Below, in pieces: positions 38,508 to 47,953 of a DNA stretch of 64,000 bases. Below the pieces are notes generated by a model. That model worked only from the letters and a program-made list of their open reading frames with translations, was not told where the DNA came from and did no database searches. Both the position numbers and the translations under genes were made by a program. Source of the DNA: Candidatus Doudnabacteria bacterium (GTDB taxonomy: Bacteria > Patescibacteriota > JABMPQ01 > JAGQLO01); NCBI GenBank assembly GCA_020429185.1, contig JAGQLO010000001.1:1723-65722 (forward strand), in the 5' to 3' direction. Each line of letters begins with the position of its first letter. Positions within the stretch are counted from its first letter, which is position 1.

Positions 38508-40325
38508 TTACAAATCCAGGTCGCTGGCACCACCAGAAGAATTCTGAAATGGATCAGGGACAAAAGAGGAATCATCCTGCTGAACCGTTTTTGGAGCCGG
38601 AACAGAACCCGAACGAGAAGATTGATTCTGGGAATCTCCATCCTTCTTGCCCCCCTTCCCTTTGTTGCGAGAGCGATCTTCAGAAGACGAATCAGAGGAG
38701 CCTTTTCCACCATCCTTCAATGCTTCAGCGAACGCCTTCTTAAAGGGTTGTGCGGTTGAACTAGTTCCACCATCTTTTCGTTCATTCTTTTTCTTTTGAA
38801 TCTTCTCAGCCATTCCAGTCAGATTGTTCTTGGCTGCGTTACGATTTTTTTCGGGAGAACGACGCGACTGCCCACTCCCACCTTTTCCACCACCAGAACC
38901 ACCGCGATCTCCTGAAGGACGTCCACCACGGTCGCCACCACCTGAAGAACTGCCTCCGCCACGACTGCCTTTATTGCCGCCCCCTGAATGACGTCCGCCT
39001 GAACCTCCAGATTCGCGACGTGCAGGAGAGCCACTCTCGTCATCAAATCCACTCCATCGCGCAATACGATCTTCTACCAATTCACGATTCGATCCGTATC
39101 GCTCACGCGAAACACGCATGATCGTCTCTCGGTTTCCTTGAGGGTCCCACTCAGGAGGAAGGGTGGCGGCTGAGAACGCAGAAGAAGCAACTCCACGAAT
39201 CATTAGTTTCAACATCACTTCAAATTTCGGAAGGTTCACAAGATCATTTTCTGTGAAGATTGGCTCGAATTCCTTCACCATAAACTCCGCATCGGCTGCG
39301 CCAACACGAAAAGCTACCAACGTTCCGACGTTTCCAAACACCGCATCACGCACAGGCTCTTCAAGCTGCGCAATATACTGGTGTGCCATGATCAAGCACA
39401 GGCGATACTTTCTCGCTTCCGACAGAATGTCTGCAAATGATTCCGTGGCAAAGTTCTGAAACTCGTCAACATACAAATAGAAGTCCTTTCGTTCCTCTTC
39501 GGGAATGTCAGATCGAGACATGGCTGCCAACTGAATCTTGGTGATCACCATGGCACCAAACAGTGCAGATGCGTCCTCACCAATACGACCCTTTGCAAGG
39601 TTCAACAACACAATTTTGTTGTTGTCCATGAGATTCCGCATGTCTAACGTGGACTGCGGCTGTCCCACAATATTGCGAATCAATGAAATCGAAAGGAACT
39701 GACCGACCTTGTTCTGAATAGGAGAAATCGCTTCCGCCTTCAATTTATCGGTGTACTTCGCATACTCATTCACCCAAAATGAGCGAACAACAGGATCTTT
39801 CACTTTTGTAAGCACCTCTTCGCGAAAATCATCGTCGGAAAAGATTCGCAAAATGCCCAGCAATGTAGAACCTGGATACTCCAAAAGTGCCAAGATGGCA
39901 TTTCGCAACAAATACTCCAGACGAGGACCCCAGGAATCTGCCCAAATCTTCTTAAACACCCCCACCAACCCAGCTGACACAAGGTGTCGATACCGAGGAT
40001 CAACCGCCTCCATCACATTGAATGCGATCGGAAAATCAAGATCAGCCGGATCAAAATACACGACGTCGTTCACGCGATGCGATGGCACATAATCCAACAT
40101 CAATTCGGCAAAATCACCGTGTGGATCTACGAGACAGAGGCCATTGCCAGCGTTCATGTCTGACACCACCATATTCTGCAACAACGTCGACTTCCCCATT
40201 CCCGTCTTACCAATCACATACATGTGACGCCGACGATCATCTCGCATGATGCCAAACCGCTTCGCGGCATTACGGAAGTTTGTTTGTCCGAAGACGGTCA
40301 AATCTGTGTCTTGTGCGTCTGGCAT
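38508..40325 (-). CDS. Soluble VirD4/TraG/TrwB-like type IV coupling-protein ATPase with a G/S-rich disordered C-terminal tail
   Basis: Walker A GKTGMGKST, Walker B YLYVDEFQNF, and the T4CP ARKYRLCLIMAHQYIAQL (Q..AQL) motif. No N-terminal TM. The last about 170 aa are low-complexity G/S/R/K-rich. Confidence 0.6.
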   Translation of the reverse strand: MPDAQDTDLTVFGQTNFRNAAKRFGIMRDDRRRHMYVIGKTGMGKSTLLQNMVVSDMNAGNGLCLVDPHGDFAELMLDYVPSHRVNDVVYFDPADLDFPIAFNVMEAVDPRYRHLVSAGLVGVFKKIWADSWGPRLEYLLRNAILALLEYPGSTLLGILRIFSDDDFREEVLTKVKDPVVRSFWVNEYAKYTDKLKAEAISPIQNKVGQFLSISLIRNIVGQPQSTLDMRNLMDNNKIVLLNLAKGRIGEDASALFGAMVITKIQLAAMSRSDIPEEERKDFYLYVDEFQNFATESFADILSEARKYRLCLIMAHQYIAQLEEPVRDAVFGNVGTLVAFRVGAADAEFMVKEFEPIFTENDLVNLPKFEVMLKLMIRGVASSAFSAATLPPEWDPQGNRETIMRVSRERYGSNRELVEDRIARWSGFDDESGSPARRESGGSGGRHSGGGNKGSRGGGSSSGGGDRGGRPSGDRGGSGGGKGGSGQSRRSPEKNRNAAKNNLTGMAEKIQKKKNERKDGGTSSTAQPFKKAFAEALKDGGKGSSDSSSEDRSRNKGKGGKKDGDSQNQSSRSGSVPAPKTVQQDDSSFVPDPFQNSSGGASDLDL

Positions 40326-40346
40326 GACTCTAGACTAGCAAATAGA

Positions 40347-41687
40347 TTAACGTTCGATCGGAAGATCCTGAGGAGGCTGCGCCGAGCGCGTTGCGGAACG
40401 TTCCAGGGATGGCGCCGTCGTCGTACGGTACGGAAAATGAAAGAGCGTTGCTAACTCATCAGTACTCATTCGAACAGGATTCGAACCCGCTCCCATGTCC
40501 CGATAGCGATAATTCGTCACCAGCTTTTGCTGTAAACGAGGAATTTTCCATTTTGCGTAATCACGCTTTGCCTTCGTTTTTCGATCAAGCTTCAATCCAT
40601 TCAAATGCTCGGTATTCACCAACATCAATCCACCTACCGCATTTCCAAAATTCACTTTTTGAAACACTTCATGCTTTGCAATATACACACCCCGCATTTT
40701 TACAACGTAGGCCAGCTTTCCAATATTCTCTTCAACAGCTTTCAACACTTCCCGCTCACCAGGAGAAAGCATAGGAAGATCATCACCATCATCTGCACTG
40801 TCTCCACCCTCAGGAAGAGGAGCGCCAGCCATTGCGCCCAACGTATCTACACCCGTGTGCAAAGCACCAGTGAGAAAACGACCCACAATATCGTCATACT
40901 TTGCCTTACTACGCTTCATCATCTCATCTACAAGCGCCAACCCTTCTTTGCGCATCTTTCCACTTGGGTCAGGGGCCACAATGATTTGAAACCAAATCTG
41001 TTCGCCTTCTCCAAGAGCACCCAATGTTTCAACAAACGCTCCAATAGGATCAATGTAATTGTATTCAGCTTCACCAAGACGGTTTTCGAAGTGTGCGTAC
41101 GTTCGAATCGGATACGCGTCGGGCTTCGTAAAGGTAATATCAGCCCCGTACACCTTCCACGTTTCGTCCGGAAATTTCTTTGGAGCAAACAACGTATAAT
41201 CTTCCACTTCTTGAATTTCTGCATCGGGATACTGCGCGTAAATATGCGCATCAAATGTTGGGCGAATCTTCTTCGGAGTTCGAATCAGAAAACGAACAAA
41301 GCCATTGATACCAACAATCTCAAACGACCAACTCAACTGAAACTCACCCTGAAACCACTTCTCAACGAAGTTTGGACCAGACTCATTCGTCCAAAGCGCT
41401 GTCATCACCTGTTCCATCGCCTTTGGCGTTTTATCATTCTCAGGCGGAACAGTAATCGCGATCAAATCCTTTTCAATGCTCGCAGCAAATTTATTCTGCT
41501 GATACATGAAAAACACGATGTAAAGCAACACAAGCGCAATAGCGATCCAAAGAGGCCACAGCGAACGCAACAAAAAACCATAGATCTCAAAGAAATCTAA
41601 ATAAGAACCAGCGGCACTCTGGCCCAGCTGAGAACCGAGCCCCTCTAATCCAAGATCGATTGTGTATGGTCCGACTTCGAAGTTCAT
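40347..41687 (-). CDS. Hypothetical membrane protein, probably co-transcribed with the T4CP-like ATPase
   Basis: N-terminal TM segment(s) (LWPLWIAIALVLLYIVFFMY) then an about 380-aa soluble domain. A 21-bp gap separates it from the downstream ATPase gene. Confidence 0.45.
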   Translation of the reverse strand: MNFEVGPYTIDLGLEGLGSQLGQSAAGSYLDFFEIYGFLLRSLWPLWIAIALVLLYIVFFMYQQNKFAASIEKDLIAITVPPENDKTPKAMEQVMTALWTNESGPNFVEKWFQGEFQLSWSFEIVGINGFVRFLIRTPKKIRPTFDAHIYAQYPDAEIQEVEDYTLFAPKKFPDETWKVYGADITFTKPDAYPIRTYAHFENRLGEAEYNYIDPIGAFVETLGALGEGEQIWFQIIVAPDPSGKMRKEGLALVDEMMKRSKAKYDDIVGRFLTGALHTGVDTLGAMAGAPLPEGGDSADDGDDLPMLSPGEREVLKAVEENIGKLAYVVKMRGVYIAKHEVFQKVNFGNAVGGLMLVNTEHLNGLKLDRKTKAKRDYAKWKIPRLQQKLVTNYRYRDMGAGSNPVRMSTDELATLFHFPYRTTTAPSLERSATRSAQPPQDLPIER

Positions 41688-41770
41688 GTGTCTTGTGTGT
41701 TGGACTGACGCAGTATATCAGTCTTTTTTATGTCTGTGGGCTCAAATCGCATTCGCTCCCTTCAGACAAT

Positions 41771-41790
41771 ATGAGCGGCAGAAGCCGCTC
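41771..41790 (-). terminator. Terminator hairpin downstream of the sigma-r4 gene
   Basis: GAGCGGC-agaa-GCCGCTC immediately after the stop at 41801. Confidence 0.3.
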
Positions 41791-41800
41791 ATGTTGCATG

Positions 41801-42919
41801 CTAGTTGTTATTGAGCAGCTCGAACATTCCGTCCTTGTGCTTTTTAAAACGGTCCTTGTCCTGAAGGGCTAGCAGAACAGTGTTCTTTTTCACCATTCGC
41901 TGCTTCAACACTTCGTCTACAATTTCATCTCGTGAAAGCGTTCCTCCAGCATTCTTCAACACGCGCGCAGCAACATCTGCAACGGTTCCAGGCTCATATC
42001 CCCATTCACGTAACGCATAGATACCACGACCCACCAACACAAATCGCTCATCTTTGATCAATTCGTTGTGAACCGTCTGAGGAATAGCAGGTCGCTTTGC
42101 CAAACCAGAAGCGTTAATACGCTCTGTAATGTCGGTGAAGTGCAATGGATCTCCGGCCTTCTTCAAAATAACGTAGGCCTTGTCCTTTACACCCTTCGGG
42201 GAAATTTCAGTCCACTCGGTAAGGCCCCATTCTCCAAACGGGTTCTGACGCACCTTCTTCGAAATCGCAAGATACGAAGCCACAATCTCACCGTCGGTCA
42301 CCACATGACAGTAGGTCTCCGCTTCATCATGGTCCAGAACACACTTCACAGTTGCATCGTGCGGCAATGGCTCACCAGAATCCTGAAGTGACGTAATAAA
42401 GGCGTTAATCACCTGTGTTGGCACATCAAGATCACCCTGCTCCGTTGCCCATGCACGATGTGTCAATTCAGTTTCTGGGTGATGTGTGAATCGATTCGAC
42501 AGCTCAAGCACGAACTCCACAACGTAAGGATTTACCTCACCAGGAGTCCGGTCAGCGAACACATCAAGCACATGATCGTGACGCATGATATTTCCACGCT
42601 CCACAATAATATTCTCGAGAATACTCTCAATAGGAGACAAAACAGAAAGATCCTCCGACTGTCGGAAATCCTTCATAGCTCCCGCCTGAATCTGACGTAC
42701 GCGTTCACGCGTAATGCCGTACGACCTTCCAATTTGCTCAAGCGTACGTGGCTTTTTGCCATCCAATCCAAAACGCTTCACCACAATTTCTTTGGTACGA
42801 GGATTCAAGTCCTTAATATACTCATGCACCATGTTGTGCATATCCATACCAAACTCCGCCGCAGCAGCGGCGTTCGTGCCAGCCTCTGGGGCGGCAGAAT
42901 GTGTAGGAGAAGACATCAT
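41801..42919 (-). CDS. Sigma-70 region 4-only HTH protein with an about 290-aa C-terminal domain of unknown function
   Basis: LNPRTKEIVVKRFGLDGKKPRTLEQIGRSYGITRERVRQIQAGAMKDF is a textbook sigma70_r4. No region 2 is present. Confidence 0.55.
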   Translation of the reverse strand: MMSSPTHSAAPEAGTNAAAAAEFGMDMHNMVHEYIKDLNPRTKEIVVKRFGLDGKKPRTLEQIGRSYGITRERVRQIQAGAMKDFRQSEDLSVLSPIESILENIIVERGNIMRHDHVLDVFADRTPGEVNPYVVEFVLELSNRFTHHPETELTHRAWATEQGDLDVPTQVINAFITSLQDSGEPLPHDATVKCVLDHDEAETYCHVVTDGEIVASYLAISKKVRQNPFGEWGLTEWTEISPKGVKDKAYVILKKAGDPLHFTDITERINASGLAKRPAIPQTVHNELIKDERFVLVGRGIYALREWGYEPGTVADVAARVLKNAGGTLSRDEIVDEVLKQRMVKKNTVLLALQDKDRFKKHKDGMFELLNNN

Positions 42920-43038
42920 ACGGATACAGCAATCAATCTAGATACGCATCAAATTAACTAGAATTCAGCACGATGTGACACATTGGTCAAGACCGGGCCG
43001 CCCATTGCCCATACATAGACACTGGGCACATCGGAAAT

Positions 43039-43066
43039 AGTTTATCACAAAGTTGATATTTGTCAA
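43039..43066 (-). promoter_or_regulatory. Putative sigma-70 promoter for the sigma-r4 gene
   Basis: On the minus strand: TTGACA, 16 nt, TGATAAACT (extended -10). Confidence 0.3.
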
Positions 43067-43121
43067 CGATCTTTGCGCCAAAAAGAAGCAGGTGCAATTT
43101 TTACCTTAGGCAGGGTAAAAA

Positions 43122-43646
43122 TCACTCTAAAATGACCCTATCTCCAGCCTGAATTCCTGACATTGCAGCCACTTCTAGCACCGAATCAACAGATTCTGGA
43201 GACAAATAACGCGGCTTTTGATCATCAGAAAGCAAAGGATTATCAGCAGGAGCCTCCGTGACTCCAACAACCTTTCCATCACGTATCCAGACAAGGTCTA
43301 GCGGAAACTCCACATGCTTCATCCAAAAGATTCGGGTTTGCGGCGCATCCGGATATAAGAACAGCATTCCCTCTCCGGGCGAAGGAACATCAGAATCCAT
43401 AAGCCCCCGCGTCTGAGCCTCCGGCGTAACAGCAAGTGAAACACGATAAGACTCGCCGCCAACACGAAGTAAAAGTGTCTGATCAGAACCACCATCAGAA
43501 GAAAGTAATTCCCGCTCCCCCGTCTCAGACGTAACTCGCTCGTCCAGAAGAGGGCGCACAACATACACACCAACAGCAACCTCAATCACAAGAAACAGAA
43601 AGAGCGCTACTACCAACAAACGTGTTCCCGAAGAACGCTCTGTCAT
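43122..43646 (-). CDS. DUF192 (COG1430) family protein, membrane-anchored
   Basis: MLFLYPD ... IFWMKHVEFPLDLVWI matches the DUF192 core. Confidence 0.7.
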   Translation of the reverse strand: MTERSSGTRLLVVALFLFLVIEVAVGVYVVRPLLDERVTSETGERELLSSDGGSDQTLLLRVGGESYRVSLAVTPEAQTRGLMDSDVPSPGEGMLFLYPDAPQTRIFWMKHVEFPLDLVWIRDGKVVGVTEAPADNPLLSDDQKPRYLSPESVDSVLEVAAMSGIQAGDRVILE

Positions 43647-44749
43647 GTGCGCGAGCGCGACACCACAAAAATACCCAACAACACCGCCACAAACAGCGCC
43701 AAAATCAGAGCGACGCCTTTTGCACGACCTTCAAACAATAACGCCGCGACACCGAATACCAGCACAAATCCCCAAAGTGTGAGCAGGGTTCGCCAAATAG
43801 AACCACGAAACAGCGCAAGAAGTTGAAAGTGCGTATGACGACGATCCCCCTGAAACGGAGACTTCTTTGCGAGAAGACGCCTTCCAATCACTAAGATGAG
43901 ATCCACAAGAGGCAATCCCAACAACAACAAGGCAGTCGCTAATTTCGCTCCAGAAAGAATAGCTAGCACAGCCAACAAGAAGCCAAGCAACGTACTTCCA
44001 CCTTCGCCCAAAAAAATACGCGCACGAGGAAGAGGCAAGTTCCAAACCAAGAATCCAAGCGTAGCTGCCGCCAACATAAGAGCAATAAAGGCTGTCTCTG
44101 GTTGTCCTGCATCGATCCAGACGGACAATCCAAAGAAGACAACACCAGCAATCACCGTTAACCCAGACACGAGTCCATCAACCCCATCTAAAAACTTGGT
44201 CGCGTAAATAGACCCAAGGATCCACAAGAATGCGAATAGATCGGCAAACACAACAAAAAAATAGGGGCGCCCTTCAAGAGAAAAGAGGTGTAGCTTCAAA
44301 AAAGTAAGATCTATTCCTGTTCCAAACGGGTTCGTCAAAAAGTCGATCCCAATCCCCGATGCAACGACCGAAAGCGCAGCCGCGACTGGAAAGAGAATCT
44401 GCAATCGCGGAGAAAGATCCCAAATATCATCAATCACTCCCCCTACAACAAGTACGAACCCACCAAGCAAGAATCCGTACACATGCTTTGGCAGCAAATA
44501 CCCACTTGTAAACTCAGGAAGAAACTCGACAGCAAGTAACAATACAATCGCAAATGCACTATAAATGGCCACGCCGCCCATAAGTGGTGTCGGAGCCTTG
44601 TGCTGCTTTCGACCACCCTCCGATCCGTGCGGATGATCTAGCACATTTGTTTTATGTGCAATACGAATGAGCACCCACGTACACACAAACGATCCCGCAA
44701 TCACTGCGAGTGTTACCCACCACACCTGAGTTGCGAGGAAGGTCGTCAT
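43643..44749 (-). CDS. Undecaprenyl-phosphate N-acetylhexosamine-1-phosphate transferase (WecA/TagO-like, GT4 MraY-like family)
   Basis: DDIWDL and LDGVDGLVSG motifs with a 10-11 TM topology. Confidence 0.8.
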   Translation of the reverse strand: MTTFLATQVWWVTLAVIAGSFVCTWVLIRIAHKTNVLDHPHGSEGGRKQHKAPTPLMGGVAIYSAFAIVLLLAVEFLPEFTSGYLLPKHVYGFLLGGFVLVVGGVIDDIWDLSPRLQILFPVAAALSVVASGIGIDFLTNPFGTGIDLTFLKLHLFSLEGRPYFFVVFADLFAFLWILGSIYATKFLDGVDGLVSGLTVIAGVVFFGLSVWIDAGQPETAFIALMLAAATLGFLVWNLPLPRARIFLGEGGSTLLGFLLAVLAILSGAKLATALLLLGLPLVDLILVIGRRLLAKKSPFQGDRRHTHFQLLALFRGSIWRTLLTLWGFVLVFGVAALLFEGRAKGVALILALFVAVLLGIFVVSRSRT

Positions 44750-44761
44750 GCAATGAATTTC

Positions 44762-46300
44762 CTAGGTAAGAGTTCGTCCCTGAACAACTTCGTCCTTTCG
44801 AGCCTTCGGCGTCACCCAGAACCCAAGATAGCGCTTAAAAATAACACGCGTTTGTGTATCAAGTGCTGGCAATGATCCCAACAAAATCGTCGTCACTGGA
44901 AGCAAAAACCACTGCAGCAGCATAAAGGCAAACTTATGCTGTCCGTGTTTTGCAGGACGTGCGGGCAACAACAACATCGACAACGTTGCTGCCACAAACG
45001 CACCGACCATCGAAAGGGTCATCAATATCTGAGTCACAAACGGCAAACTTGCTGCCAAGTATGTTCGCGTAAACTCATCTCCACCAAGCAGAAGCGGCAA
45101 CCAACCCAACGCAAAAATCATAATGGCGTAGGTCGCCCAAGAAACAAATCCCTCAAGAAGACGCGACCCATACAGGAGCTTCTTCAAGAATGGAATACGC
45201 TTATTTCGCAAAAAGCCCATGAATACAAATGGAATGTTTTCGATTCCATATGCCCATCGACGCTGCTGTTTGTACTGATTCACAATGCTTCCTACATACG
45301 TGTCTGCCAACACCGTGTCCATATAGATCGGCAAGAACAATGGCTCTACAGCGTAGTTTCCGTCGTAGCGCAAAAATGCCTGCCAAAAGACACGCGAGTC
45401 TTCGGATACAACGTTGGTGCTCCAATAATCAATATCCAAAAGTGCACGCAAAGACATGCTGTGCGAGGAGAACGTTACAAGTCGTTCAGGCCGCCCCTGC
45501 TCCATCATCATCCAAAATGTGTGTGACATCGCAATCACACGCATGAGTGCAGGCGCATCCCACAAGTTGTTAAAGAACATGGGAATAGGCTGATAGCTCA
45601 CACGGTGAGGCTCAGGGTGATGCAGGTAGCGCTCTGTTAACAAGGCAAAATACTTCGGATGTGCCACCGTATCGGAATCGAACACCGACACAATCACATC
45701 ATCAATGTTCCATCCAAGCTCCTCAATACGCCGCACTGCCTGTTGAGCCGCCCATGCCTGGTTCGAGCCTTTCCCAGCAATTTCACCTTCAATGTCATCC
45801 GGGTGAAATGTTGTGAGAAATTCTCCAAATACATCTCCAAACTCTGCACGCATTTGATCTGCACGTGCCTGCGCTTCTTCCCGTCCTACACGCTCTTCAA
45901 ACGCAAGTACAACGAAGAACTTCTCATTTGGATAATCCGAGTTCGCAATAGAATCTAATGCAGAGCGCAGCACATTCACACCTTCTGTGTAGGTGGGAAT
46001 AACGACGAGATGTCGAATCGAAGGAAACTTCGCGTGATCGAGAACGCGTCCAAGCCAATCCTTCGACACATTTTCCTTCAATCGACGGAACGATGTCACC
46101 AAGTACACGATGTGATACACGACCTTCAACAACCAGTACAGATCGAACAAAATGATAAACACCGCTACCCACACGGGAACAAAAAACGACAACACAACCG
46201 ACCCTAGCAAAATCGACCACGAAAGTGTTCCAGGAAGAAACTCGAGTGCACGAGCAAAGCGTCGTTGACCAGCAGTGTGTGCGTAATGCTCGTGTCTCAT
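44762..46300 (-). CDS. Membrane-integrated family 2 glycosyltransferase with a QxxRW motif (processive synthase-like)
   Basis: DxD (VFDSDT) and QQRRW motifs, with flanking TM helices. Confidence 0.75.
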   Translation of the reverse strand: MRHEHYAHTAGQRRFARALEFLPGTLSWSILLGSVVLSFFVPVWVAVFIILFDLYWLLKVVYHIVYLVTSFRRLKENVSKDWLGRVLDHAKFPSIRHLVVIPTYTEGVNVLRSALDSIANSDYPNEKFFVVLAFEERVGREEAQARADQMRAEFGDVFGEFLTTFHPDDIEGEIAGKGSNQAWAAQQAVRRIEELGWNIDDVIVSVFDSDTVAHPKYFALLTERYLHHPEPHRVSYQPIPMFFNNLWDAPALMRVIAMSHTFWMMMEQGRPERLVTFSSHSMSLRALLDIDYWSTNVVSEDSRVFWQAFLRYDGNYAVEPLFLPIYMDTVLADTYVGSIVNQYKQQRRWAYGIENIPFVFMGFLRNKRIPFLKKLLYGSRLLEGFVSWATYAIMIFALGWLPLLLGGDEFTRTYLAASLPFVTQILMTLSMVGAFVAATLSMLLLPARPAKHGQHKFAFMLLQWFLLPVTTILLGSLPALDTQTRVIFKRYLGFWVTPKARKDEVVQGRTLT

Positions 46301-46309
46301 AAATCCTCA

Positions 46310-46681
46310 CTAGCTCGCCGCGAGACTAATTGTCACCGCTCCAACGAAAAAGAGCGCTTGCAAGAACAAGGCCGTTCCAAGCAAAAAGTGCGCCAAGAAC
46401 TTCTCTCGCTTAAATAACAAAGACCCAAGTAACGTATTTACAATCAGCAGCGCCAATGCTATCACCGGAACAAAATAGGCTTGCGTTCCAGGACCAATTA
46501 CATCCACACCACCCTGAACGGTGTAATGTAAGAGCGTCCGTTCGCTCGTTGGCTGTATCACAAACACTACCCATACCCATCCAGCCAGATTGCACAACAC
46601 ACTCATGAGCGTAAGTGAAATCACCGAACGGGCTGTCCAGTAGGTCTTATCTAAAAGCAACGTCAGTATCGGGGACGCCAT
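46310..46681 (-). CDS. Small hypothetical membrane protein (123 aa, about 4 TM)
   Basis: Hydrophobic ORF adjacent to the GT2 gene. Confidence 0.35.
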   Translation of the reverse strand: MASPILTLLLDKTYWTARSVISLTLMSVLCNLAGWVWVVFVIQPTSERTLLHYTVQGGVDVIGPGTQAYFVPVIALALLIVNTLLGSLLFKREKFLAHFLLGTALFLQALFFVGAVTISLAAS

Positions 46682-46753
46682 ATAGAGCTAGTATAACCAA
46701 AGAATAACTCATTTGGACAGCCTGTAATGACCCGTTTTATACGTTTTGCAAGT

Positions 46754-47863
46754 CTACTGATAGTACGCGTATCCATCCACGCGTAAGTCAACATACTGCA
46801 ACGATTCGTATTGATCCTGTATTTCCTCTCGGAATACCGTTTCAAAAATCTTCACTTGCTGTTCTGCCGGGAGTTCGAGCGAAAAGAGAAGCTTCACTCC
46901 CTCGGCTGTAATGACATGAATCTCTGGCCCTTTTGCAGAAGGAAGTTCGAACCGGGCAATCTGCATCGGCAACGTTCGATCAAATAGATCCTGAAGCTGA
47001 TTCGCGTAGTTCAAATGACGCGGAAGCGTTGCCTCATCTCCCACCGCAACACGACGAACTGACAAATCAATAAGCTGAGGCACCTGCTCTTCAAGCAACG
47101 CATCTACCGAAGCGTCACAACACACGCGCCCTTGCGCATCTAAAAAGACAATCTGATCACCAGACACCCATACGGCAGCAATGTTGCGTTCAGCAACATC
47201 AAACGCAATCACATTCGGATACTTACGCGTAATAACCACATCGGACACACGAGGATTCGCCTCGCGCACTGCCTCTTCCAGCGCAGTATCTGAAAGCAAA
47301 AACATGTTATTAAGTGGCACGCCAAGCACCGTTCGTTCAAGTAACGGAGCGGTAGCAAGCCTCAATTCTGCCTGGCTCATACGATGCTGCCCCCGCAACA
47401 CAACTCGTTCTACACGAAAAAAAGAGGAGAAGAACAGTCCATAACTTAACCCGCCCACGAGAATCACAAGAAGTGCACTCAAGGCTCCTGCTCGAAGTTT
47501 CAAAGACGGCAGAGAGGCCAACGAAAAACGTGATTTTCCAGAAGATCGCGCTGCGCGCCGTGAAGACTGAGAACGCCCAGCGGAGCGCAATACACCCTGC
47601 CCGGGCCGACGCTTAGGTATCACCCGACGAGCACTCGCAGGTGCCCCATTGCGCACCACCTTACGAAGATCCACTACTTTTGCGGCACGTGTCGGTGCTT
47701 TAGGTTTCGAACTCGAGAATGAAAACCCCTTGATCTTTACAGGACTTCCAGACGACTTCCCGCCAAAACGAACCCGTTTCTTCGAGGAACGCGAAAGAGC
47801 ACTCTTCCGAGAAGAGCGAGAACGCGAACCCGACCTGTTGTTTTGTGTAAACCGCAGATCCAT
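46754..47863 (-). CDS. FtsQ/DivIB-like cell division protein with a long basic low-complexity N-terminus
   Basis: TM then a POTRA-like domain (RVERVVLRG ... VVITRKYPNVIAFDVAER). The about 115-aa S/R/K-rich N-terminal tail is notable. Start set at MDLRF. Confidence 0.6.
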   Translation of the reverse strand: MDLRFTQNNRSGSRSRSSRKSALSRSSKKRVRFGGKSSGSPVKIKGFSFSSSKPKAPTRAAKVVDLRKVVRNGAPASARRVIPKRRPGQGVLRSAGRSQSSRRAARSSGKSRFSLASLPSLKLRAGALSALLVILVGGLSYGLFFSSFFRVERVVLRGQHRMSQAELRLATAPLLERTVLGVPLNNMFLLSDTALEEAVREANPRVSDVVITRKYPNVIAFDVAERNIAAVWVSGDQIVFLDAQGRVCCDASVDALLEEQVPQLIDLSVRRVAVGDEATLPRHLNYANQLQDLFDRTLPMQIARFELPSAKGPEIHVITAEGVKLLFSLELPAEQQVKIFETVFREEIQDQYESLQYVDLRVDGYAYYQ

Positions 47864-47953
47864 GCACCAGAGTATACAGGATGCACAACGAAGCTCGAAG
47901 TGCACAAGAAGCAAAAAGAAAGAGTCGCACAAAGCGGCTGTCAGTAGAAACTC

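Noticed and set aside
41706-41735. Plus-strand hairpin (GACTGA-N9-TCAGTC) with a T-run in the 5' region of the 40347..41687 gene
   Set aside because: There is no plus-strand gene upstream to terminate. It is probably an incidental 5'-UTR structure, possibly regulatory, but without further evidence.
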